DNA of 64,000 nt from a virus (Duplodnaviria > Caudoviricetes). The DNA lies in IMG/VR virus record IMGVR_UViG_3300014969_000001, positions 1 through 64,000 of that record. One strand, 5' to 3'. The notes under the pieces were generated by a model. It ran no database searches. It saw only the letters and a program-made list of their open reading frames with translations, and was not told where the DNA came from. Below, piece by piece: positions 10,865 through 22,800 of the stretch; positions within the stretch are counted from its first letter, which is position 1, and every line of letters begins with the position of its first letter. The position numbers were made by a program, and so were the translations under genes.

Positions 10865-13800
10865 ATGAGTCCAGATCCGAACACTGCAAATAAGAAAGCA
10901 AAATCTAAAGCTACAGACCTGACATTTGATGAAGTTGAGAAACAGAAAGCAGCGATGCAGGATGATGAAGCGCCTGATAATTTTCTCACGCAATCTTTTA
11001 GAAGTGGATTAGCAAATCCAATACAGGAAGAGCCGCCGATTTCTACAGAATCTACTACAGAAGCTTCTGATGATTTTGATCCTGAAACAGATTACCTATT
11101 ACCATTTAAGAAATCCAAACGGAAGAAAGGTAATCGTATCGCTAAGACTAAGGATGAAGTTGATAGAGAAAAAAGACTTCAAGCAGAACTTACTTCATTT
11201 GATCAGGGTGCACCTGGAATGGATGCTTTGAAGTTGGGTAGGGAAACTCCTGATGTGCTTCGCAAAGCTTTCATGGAGCAGATCAATAAAAAGCTTGGAG
11301 GTTATGAGGTTGCCACTCCCTTTGATATAGAGAATGATCTTGTTAAAGATGCCTGGGATAACTCAGCTTTGAAAACCAGAAAGTTTGAAAATGCCAAAGG
11401 TGAAGAACAGGATTTTACTGGTTCCGGATATGACAAGCAAATAATTACTGGTAATGAAGCTGGTATCATTACTGAGCAAGTTGTTCCTCGCGCTCCTGTT
11501 GGTTCTGATAAGTTTAATCCTATGGGCCATGATCCTGGTCTTGGAGAAACAATTGATGCTGTAGGAACTGCATTAACGAATCAAAAAAACAGAATCTTTG
11601 ATTCAGCAGCAGGTCAAGGTTTTGCTAAGCTCTTTGATCCTGATTTTGACAAGACTGTATATAAAGTTCTTGCTCCGGGTATTGGTAAAGATGGTGCGCC
11701 TATTATGAAGGAATATGTAGGCACGCGTGCGCAATTGGCACAGAATAATATCAATGCTTATAACTTTTATGGTTTAGCCAATAAGAATACCTACTTCTTT
11801 GATGATATGGCAAAGTCCTTTGGGAACTGGGCACTAAGCAAAGATGATGACCTTATTGGTACAGCTAAAGCAGTGCAGTCTATTGGTCGTATGGTAGCAA
11901 GACCTTTTAGCTGGGCTTTTGGTGATAATAAAGACTGGCAGGATAAATACGAAGAAACCTGGATAGACAAGGCTTATCGTCGCACTCGTGAAGATACACA
12001 GCGTTCTTCTTTAACGCTTTCAGAAAATGCAATGAATACCTTTAGTGCTGGCTGGATTGCTGCAGGTATAGGTAGTTCTATAGGTTCACTTATTGACTTT
12101 ACTGTAGCTGGTAGTACCATTAAAGGTGCTGCCGGTGTGGGTTCCTTAGCCTTTAAAATGGGTGGAATAGGTGAGGCTGCTTTATTGAATGTAGGAAGAT
12201 TTGGAGGTACAGCTGCTATCACTGGTGTGGCTGCTTTCCATGCTGCAAAGGATGCCGGTCTTTCTGATGAGGAAGCAGGTCTTTATACTATCATTGCAGG
12301 TGGTCTTTCATCTGCTATAGAATCAGCTGGATTGTTCAGTAATGATGCTATGCGGAAATGGTTGCTTGGTGGCAAGCATAAAGATCTGGCAAAAGATATG
12401 GTTAAGCTCTTTGCTATTGAAGCCGAAAAGAAAGGTGGTAAAGCAGCAGCAGGAGCAGCCATAGGAGCAGTTACCCGTGAATCAGCAGAAGAAGTTTCAA
12501 AGAAATTGTGGCCTAAGATGATAGAATCTTTAGGTGCAGTAGCCAGAGGAAGTGGTAGATTTCTTGGCAAGATAGACCCGAAGGTAATGGCTGAAGAAGG
12601 CGTTACAGAAGGTTTGCAATCCTTATCAGATCAGACAGTCCAGGTATTATTCAACAATACTGTTCTAAAGCATAGAGAAGCAGGTAAAGGTAAATTCGAT
12701 GATCTTAATTCTATTGCTGATATTAGAATCAAGGAAGCATTAGGTGAAGCTTTTATTGGTGCTCTTACTTCTGCCGGTACATCTGTATTCATGCATGGTG
12801 GTCCAAGTATTGGCGAGTATGTAAAAGATGGCAAATCCCGGGAAATGATTCTTGGCCTGGATAAACTACTTCAGGAAGGTCGTCTGACTAAAGATCAATA
12901 TGATAATCATGTTCAGACTATCAAGTTTGTTGAAGCAAAGCTTAATGAAAAAGAAGATGTTTACAAGAGCTTCAGCAGACACAAATTAAAAAATCAGTTT
13001 GATAGAGAAGTAACGCAGCTTATCTCTGAAAAGGTAGATGCTCAAACGCGGGTAGATAAAGCCAAAACAGCGCGTGATGCTTTCATGTCTAAGATAGGAG
13101 GTGAGAATGCTTCTAAAACTATATCACCTCAAGAACAAACACAATTAGATAAACTGACAAATGACCTTGATTCAGCGCAGGCGATTGTAGATGCAAAGGA
13201 TTCGGCAATCGATAATTATAAGGATACCGCTTACATTTCAAATAGAACCAAAGAAATCTCTGACAATAATCTTAAACTTCAAGATTTAAAGAAGTTTAAT
13301 TCAGAGAAAAGTATTGGCGTTAATGAGCCACCTGCTAATAATCTGGGTGTGATCATGGCGCGTGACAGTGTTGTAAATGAGCGTGGTGATGGTCTTAAAG
13401 CTGCTTTCCGTCATGATTCCGAATTCCAATTAGGGTTTGATGAATATGGTAAAGAGAAGTCTGATGTAGATAAAGCTGAACTAAAAAGAAAACTCACCAA
13501 CGACCTAATATCCACAAAAGCATACCTCCATCCTACACTGAATACTGATAAGAATCGCGCAATAATGGAAGAACTTATGGGAGAGAAAGCAAAGGAGTTT
13601 CTTCCACTAAGTCAGAAACAGCAGAAAGAATACCACACTGTACTTCAGGAAAGAAATGATTATGCTGAAAGAGTAATGAATGCCATTCCTCTTGCAAAAC
13701 AGACAAATGATATTGAAGCTGTAGCGAAAGAGCAAGGTGTAAAACCTGTGGATTTGGAATATGCTATTCTTCATGCTGATGCTGGTAATCCAGATACAGC

Positions 13801-16800
13801 AAGACGAGTTGTTCAAGAATCATTTGAACATGATGCTCCGGATTCTTATAAAGAATCCAGAAAGAAAACATTAGAAAATGAAGATTTAATACGACATGCT
13901 TATAATGCACAGGAAGATCTTGAATCTGCCTTTGAAACACCGGAATTATCACAGCCACATCTTTCCAAACAACGCTATCAGGCGGGCAATAAATTCTTTC
14001 AGGCTTTCCATGGTTTAGCACATCTTGTCTTTAATTCCAGGGATTATGGAATAACGCCTGCAATGTGGCATTCAAGATCAAATAGTTCTTTAATTACAAG
14101 CCGTCTTACTAAAAACGAAAATAAGATACTACAGACGATTGCAGCAGCTACAGGAAGGCCAATAGCAATGCATGTCATGGATGCACCGGGTATGGTGGAT
14201 GAGAATGACATACCAGACCGGAAAGGTTTTTTTGATGAGCCTAATAGTCTTGTTGTGATAATGGCTGATATGAAGCGCATGGAAATAGATAAGAAATACC
14301 GGAAAGAGGTATTTGCTACTGTCCTCCATGAGTACCGTCACCACATGACAAATGAAGCTGTAGGCCGGATGTTCACTTCCTGGATAAAATGTAAGAAGAA
14401 TAATGTTCCATTAACTCCTGAAGCAAAGCAGTATCAGCGTTTATTTGATCTTTCGAAATTAACTTATAATCTTCTTATAAAAGATGAGAAGCTTCATAAT
14501 GAATACTTTCTGAATGTTGCTCATGGAAATATACAGGGTAATACCTTTAATACCTTCACAGGAGCGAATGAATCTTTCACGATGGTGAAGGAATTTTTAT
14601 CAGAAGTTCAGAGTAGTGAGGTATTGCAAAAGGCTATTTCTACTATCAACCTTAATGATAAAGGCCTTCGTGATAGTCTTAATAAGATCTATAACTATGA
14701 TGAGATTCCTAAGACCGGTTCTCATTCTTTACTGAAAGAAGTATGGACACAACTCAATAAGGTGTTCACTTCTATATCCAGATTATTTACTCCTGGGGAA
14801 CGTGTGCTTTTGAAAGAAGCTATCACTTTAATGAATAGCATTCCTTTAAGTAAGTATGCTGTAAACTTTGATATTCCATCTGCTGGTGAGGCACAGAGAG
14901 CTGCTGAAAATACAATGGTAAGCACTCCTGACCATCCTACTGTGACGTCTGATAATCCGCGCAGGATGGACAACTTTGTGGAGAACATGAAGCCAGTCAA
15001 TTTGCTTTCTGACATGGATGTTCCTTCAGTTGCAGAAGTAGCAGAAACGATACTCATGCAATATCAGAAAGCTATAACTGATCCGGATACAGGCCGGCCA
15101 CTTCCGGAATTGCTGGAGATTGCTTCAGATATCAATGAGAGTGATCCTAATACACCGCGTAATATCTTCATTAGAGAAGTACAGGATTCCTTAGACTACT
15201 GGATCCAAAAGAACAACTATGATAAAAAATCCTTAAAGGTTGTTTTTTTCCAGGGTACCAACCAGTTCCTTGTAAGCTGGAATACACTGACTGGTTCAAC
15301 AGAGCGTCTTTTCTTCAATAAAGATGGCAGTCGTGCACAGATAAACTCCAATATCTTTAATGATACTGAATGGAATGAAGTAGTTAATGATGATTTCTAC
15401 GAAGCTTTTGGTACTAATTGGCTTGATAATAATGCTAGTGCTACAAGATTCCTGCTTAATCAATTTGAAAAAGCAAGAGGAAAAGGTTTTAAAGGTCGAA
15501 TAACGCTACGTCAGGATCCAGGTTATGAACACACATTAGGTGATACATCAAAGACCGGGAATATTTATATCATGCATCTTGATGAAGATAGCCGGGCAAT
15601 AACTCCTATTGGTGTCCTTCCTGCTTTAGCTGCTCCAGCTGTTACTGCTGCTTTGAATGCCGGCGCTCAGGTAACTTGTGAAGTTGTTGAAAAAGCTTCA
15701 GGTTTAGGTCATGCCCTATGGGTAAAACGTGATATAATTGGTGGTATTCAAAGAGTAGAACATAAAGACAATATCAAGACGAAAGAAGATATTGAACTTA
15801 TGAAAGCAAATGGCTTTGAATTTGAAACTGGTCTATTCCCAACAGTACACATTACATTCAAATCCGTTGAGGGTACCTCATTAAAAGAGATAAAGAATCT
15901 CACCCGCGACCAATACACCTTTCATGATAATAGTGTTGAAATAGATACTGCAGAAACTCATTTCATGACAAGGGAAGAACTTGCAATGAGTCGCACTCCA
16001 AGTATGTATGATGCCTTCCAGGTAGAAACACATTCCTTCTATGATAATGGGCCTACAGAAGTTGATGATGAAGTATCTGCCAAGATAGACTTTCATGAAG
16101 AACGGATGCGCCGTCTGCTCCGCTATAAAGCAGCCTGGCGTGCGGATCTTAGCGATGAGGATATTATACTCTTTGCCAATGACCTTTTAAGCAAAGCTAT
16201 TGATGACCTTCAGGATCAGTTTCCAGATGTTCCTGCTCTGGAGAATTTCGGTTTTGATACACCGCAAAAGCTTGGTGAATTCCATGTTAGTCTTATTGAA
16301 GAAGAACTTAAAAGAGTCAAATTTGAATCGAACAGGAAAGTTTCTAGTGGGTGGAATGGTGAATCTATTAACCCTAACTCTACTACTTCAGAACTTATCA
16401 AATATGATGTAGAGCGAATGATGTTCTTTGATGAGAATGGTAAGTTCGGACATATGACTTACTCTGATGCCAAAGACATTCTTTCTCTGGCAGCCACAAA
16501 TATTAGATCGTTTGCTGAACTGACAGATAATCTAAGAAAGATGTCAAAGGATAAGTTTAACTCACGTCGTCGCCGGAATATCGCATATTCTCTTTACCGC
16601 AACTATACAATGGAGCGGCCTGCCGGTGATCAGGAACTATTCGAAAAAGCAAAAAACTCTTATGTATCGCAGTTAGGTGGCTATATCCATCATGATGCTG
16701 TGGCTTACTCAAAGGATGGCGATGGTACCCGTGTGACAACTCTTGGTAAAGGTCAGGATGGCAAGAATGAATTCGACCGTGTGATATCCAAGATGATGGT

Positions 16801-19800
16801 TAGGGTTGAAAAAATAAAAGCTAAATATGAGGAAAGAAAAGCAAAATTTGAAAGTACGCATAAAGACCAAAAATACATGTCGCTTTATAAATACTTTGAA
16901 ATATATACTGGTCAATTACCTTATAAAGATCCGACAAGAACAGATATGATGCCTGGCATCAATAAGATTGGTTCATTAAAGGATACAGTAAATGGTAATA
17001 CACTAGGCATTCCGGGATATATAGCACCCAATGGTAAACAGGTAAAAGTTCTTACTGATGAAGAATATAACCAGGCAAAAGAATTGCTTGCAAAATTCTT
17101 CGATCTGCTGGATATTGAGTTGCCAATGTCAGTGCTTGATAGAAAGTTGTTGAATCCTGATGAGATATCTGAAGCTAATCAGGTTATGCTCGAACTATAC
17201 CAGCAGCAACTTATCAAAACCCGCAATGAAGAATGGGATAAAATGATGGATGCCTGGGATGCAGTAGCGGAAAGCACCAAGGAATTGCCACGAACATTGG
17301 ACGTGACGCAACGATTATCCAGAGTTGATGCAGACCAGATTCCAGTTGAATTCTCAACCTACATGGAAGCTATGAACCGAAGCAACAAGCTAATCACTTC
17401 CTCTGATCTTGCTCCGCTTTTGGGTGATGGTTTAGATGCTATTGGTTCATTCACTATGAATGACTCACAAGCTGATGCTGTCTTTGATAAAGATAATCCA
17501 AAGACCATCTTTAGTAATACAGAGCAGTTCCATAGTACCTTTTATAAAGGGGATGGTGTCTATACTATTCCTGGCCATGGACCGGTGCATATCAGGCACT
17601 ATAAGACTGCAATGGCATCAGAATTTACAAAGCCACAACTGGAAGCACTCGCACAATATGAAGGCTATGAGAATCTTGATGAGATGTATAATAATGGCGA
17701 TGAAGGTACCAAAGCCTTCTTCATGGGACAAGAGCCAAAGGTTATGTATCGCATTAGTCCTGTGCTTGCCAATGCCGGTGTTTATAACCGAAGTGATGTA
17801 GTTGCTTTAGTTCCTCGTCTTGATGGCACCATGACAATGCCTGCTACTGAACTAAAGAATGCTATTGATGCAAGAGTGAAATTCTCTACCCTTAAAGAAA
17901 ATGAACGTACTGCTGCTGCTGATTTAAACCTTGCTAAATACCTTGAAAAGATTGGCTATACAGAAAGTGAACCAGGTATCTGGGAACTGAAATCTACAGT
18001 AGATCTGCGGGAATCCGGACTGGCACGACCAGACAAAGACCAATGGCTCGCAGATGAAGATGCTATCATTAAACAGCATGTTGAATCTAAATCAAAAGAA
18101 CTTGCAGAAAATGTGCATCTAAGCGGAGAAAGACCCATGTACCAGTATCACATGGTCGAATTCAACAAAAGTGGTAAAGAGTTTAATCCTGAAACAAAAG
18201 TAGATAAGTATTCTCCGGAATTTAAGAGCCTTCCTTACATCGAACTTTACTTACAGCTTGCAGCCTATCTTACAAATGGCAAAACATATGAAAATAAAGT
18301 AGCTGTTGCAGGTGGTATAAAAGCACACTTTGCAGATGGCCTCCCACTGGATTTAAAAACCCGGGAAATAAAAGTTGCCGTCGAAGAAGAAATGAAACGC
18401 CGCGGTGATTTTGAAACTCCTGACTTTTACTTTGATCCTACCAATACAAAGATACATGCTCATAAGATAAAGTCTTATGCTGATACTATCTATGAAAGAT
18501 TGGCCACAGATAAGAAAGAAATTCTCCGCTATCAAAATCATGAGATCTGGCAGAACAATATCATTATCGATCACCTAAATGAATATGGTACTACTGCACG
18601 TCCTAAGATGGTTGGTGGTATCTTTAGTAAGGAAGATGCAAGTAATAATACTGACTACAGAACGGCAAGCAATATGGAATTTCTCTATATGCATGCCAGC
18701 CATTTTGTAGGCACATCTACTTCTGGTGAAGGTAAATACTATGGTCATATTGGTGATGTGCCTTCTGATAAAGGAAGAAACCTAGTTTATCCACTCAAAC
18801 GCATACCTCCTAAAAATTACAAAGGAGAAATTAAACGCATCCAACGTGTAGAGGCGAAGCGTATGGAGCTTGCCGAACAAGCTTTTACTGATGCTTTAAT
18901 AGAAGCTCCTCTGGTTAAAGGAGGACAAGAAGTAAGAGTTCCGGTATTGGATGAGAATGGTGTGCAGAAAATTAGTAAGCGTACCAATGAGCCAATGACC
19001 AGGCTTGCAGATAGTGGTGTTTTCTTACTGCGTCATCATATTGATAAAGATGGTAAAGTAGTAATAGACCACAAAGCCTTTGATAAACTTGCGGTTAATG
19101 TAGACTTCATTCGTGCTACTGAAGGTGGTGTTCCTGAAAGTAAGGGAGGTAGGCCATTAGTGTTTGAAGGTAAAGAAGGAGATCCACGCAATGGTATGCC
19201 GCTTTACATAAAAGGTAATATCTTCAATACAAAGAACCACTTCTTTGCTGGACAGTCAGAAGATCAGATTCATACTGAACTAATGAAACAGGCTACCCAG
19301 GCCTATGCTGAATATGCAGCTAAAGGTTTCCAGATGCCGGTAGCATCTGACTGGATAGAGCAGAATAATCCAAATAAGATTATTGAGTCACAACAAAGAG
19401 AAAGGGATAGACTCAATGACCGATTAACTTATCTGTATCAAGAAAGAAGTATTGCTGCTTTAAAAGGGGTAGATGAACGTGCCAATCTTGCAAATGACAT
19501 TCTCAATGCCAAAGAAACCATTAAAAAATATGATGATGAGATAGCTCCATTAAAGGAAGAAATTGAACAACGTGAGAAGAATTATGCCATAGATCTTGAA
19601 GCAAAGCGCTTGGAAACATTCAAGAATATGATGTTCAATCACCTTATCAATCGCTATCACTTATCACAATTATTGCAGGGAGATTACATCTTCTATGGCA
19701 ATGGTATTGATGACAACTTTACTTCGCTGAGCAAACGGATGGCTGGTACTTATGCACCGGCACAGATGCCTGTATTCGAAGAAGGCAAGCATAAAGGTAA

Positions 19801-22800
19801 GATGATAGCCTTGCGTGATGTAACTGACAACTTGAGCGACCAGGCCATACTTGCTTCTGTCTACTATGATGAGGAAGAAAAGAAATATAAAGTCGATAAA
19901 GAGAAATCACGATCAATCCCTACAAACAGAACTGATGCACAGGGATATATTTCAGAACGTTTCGATCCTGTATTCCAGGCTGCATTAGGTTCTCTTGGTG
20001 GATTCAGAGCACCTTATAAGCCTGTAATGTTCGGCCATGATGACAATGGATTAGAACGTGCAATGCCTATTTATCTAAAACTGTCACTCACTAAAATTCC
20101 AGATCCGGATACAATAGCTGGCTCCGCCTTCTATGTGGAGTATCCGCAACTTGAGCAATTTGCCCGTAAGTTCTATGATGCCGGCGCTGATATTGCAGTA
20201 TTTGAATCCGGTATCAAATCAGGTTTAAAGGCTCTTAATCATTGGGATGATGGTGACTATAGAACCCAGGAAATTGACCTTCGAATGCTTGGAGTTCAGA
20301 ACAATCCTTCCCATGAGTTACATGAAGATGATACTATCCGTGACCTTATCCAGATGGAAAAGCAGATGGGGGATATGGATAATTACTTTGGTGAAGGTGG
20401 TTTATTCGAATACTGGGCTATCAAGTCTGCTATCCTTCAGACAAAGACTGATAACTATTTCCGGAATAATCTTGATGACATCGATACCCTCTATACAAAT
20501 TTAAAAGAGGAAATGCTTAAACGTGACCATACCAAAGGTTTGGGTATGGCACTGGATAATAAGATGCGTCTTGATAATCCACGCATTGCTACACTCATGG
20601 AGAATATGGTTGCTAGCGGCCTATTCATCAATACAGCATCGGAGAAGAAGCTTGGCTCTAAGCTTATCAATATGTCTGATGTGGGCTATACCCGTCCTTC
20701 CTATCAGGTAGTAGATGGCAAGATAGTGAAAGCCGGTAATATGGAACTGCAATGGATGGGACCTCGCCGGGCGACTGAGCTTTCAGAAAAGCAGCTTCTG
20801 GATTTATTGCATCGTCAGGAAGAAGGAGAGCAAGTCTTTGAGGACAATGATCCTTCCGGTTATATTCTCGACGACAAAGGCACCGTTAAGATTTATCCTG
20901 CAGATATCCTGGTACCAAAACAAGACCACTACAATATTGGTGATCCGCTAATGGCAGCACGTATCCCGGGTTCAGGAAAGAACTCTGTAGTTGCTTCCGA
21001 GATCGTAGGTTTCCTTCCTGCAGATATGAACAATGTGACTGTAGTAGGTAAAGCCGGACCTGGAGTAATGGGCTTTGACTTTGATATTGACGGCTTCTTT
21101 GTATGGAGGAAGTCTATTGATCCAAAGATGAATGAAGCGAACAGGATGTTCGACATCTTCTTTGACAAGATGCTTGAGATGAAGAACTACATGGAGGTTA
21201 CTTCACCGGTATCTACAGACCGTCTTAAAGAGCTTGCCAACTTCCTTGATAAGAACCGCCAACTGGTAAATGAGCAGAAGGGAATTAAGCCATATGACCG
21301 CTTTACCCTGATGCGTCAGATACAATTGAAAGACCTGAATGGTGAAGGTTCTACATCGATCGGTATCGTTGCTTCTGCTTATGGTGCACATTCTGTATTC
21401 TCACAATTGGGGATGTCATTACAGGATAATTATGTGGAAGGAAACAAATTCTTCCAGCCACATATGTTCAATAGACGCGGGTATCTTGTAGATAATACTT
21501 TAAAGAAGGCTTATGCAACCAGATCTATTGGTTCTAATGGAGAGGAATCAATGGTATTTGATGCCTTCGTTCAGTTACTGAATGCTTCTACAGATAATGC
21601 CAAGCTGCAATACTTAGGTCGTCTTGGATTGAATGGCCAGACAATGCCGGTTGTACTCGACATGATCTCGCATGGTGTGAACATGGAGTATGCTATCCTA
21701 TTTGTAAATCAGCCTATCATTCAGGAATACATAGATGAGGAATTCAGACGGCGTGGTGCAGTTACTGAAAGTGACTTTACAGATACCTATCTGAAAGTTC
21801 AGCAAAAGTATGAGAAGGCCACGCGGGTATATGAACCTGGCTATGAATATAACCCTACAAATGAGAAAGGAGAAACAACGAATGAGAACGCTATTTACAG
21901 AGTTGTAAAACATCCTCAGATGGGCCTTGTAACCAGCTTAGAAGATCGTAATAACGTCAGCTATCGTGAACTGGAAGAAGCCTATGAACCTGAAAGTACA
22001 TTTGCTTCTGATGCTACAAGAGCAGAGAATTTAAAACGTCAGCTTTCCATACTTGAGAAGTTCAAATATTATAAGTCACTTCAAAAGGTTACTGGTGATG
22101 GCGCACGTCTTGTAAAGTTTGCATCTGAATATCCTACTACGATGCTTGACCTTGCAGATAATATTCATAGGATAGAGAAAATATTAGGTAACTATGATAG
22201 TGAAAAAGAACGCTGGGTAGGACAGTCACTTGATATGGAGAAGCTGATCTATGGTCCGGATGATAAGCTTTTTTCTGGTAATGTATGGCATCCATATTAC
22301 CGCAACCAATTCAATACATTAAAAAAATTGCTTAACTGGTATGGAGGGCGTGAAGTTAATTTATATGCCCATCCAATGATTATGTTTAACCATAAGAAGA
22401 TGACTGAGGGTAAAGACCTCGCTACCCAGGAAAAACTAATGCAGGGTTTCTATGCTTATGTTCTTTCTGCTGATGAGCGTTTATCTCCTTCTATTCTTAC
22501 TGGCGATAAATACACCCAGCCATGGCAATTTGTAGATGAAGCAGCGCAACTTGTATCAAAGTTACAGGCTGAATATCCTAACAACTATTTCCTGAAATAC
22601 ATGAAGGTTGAAAAACCTAAAACTGATTTCGAAGGAAATACTACTGGTACATATAAGATAGCCTTCAACCGGTATCAGGCAATTACTCCTGAATTAGAGG
22701 TTAAGATTGCTAAAGCGTGGGATGAACTTCCGGAAGCTTATAAGTATGGTGAGATGACTGTGAACATTAAGCATATGCTATTGGCAAACCTTGCCCATAC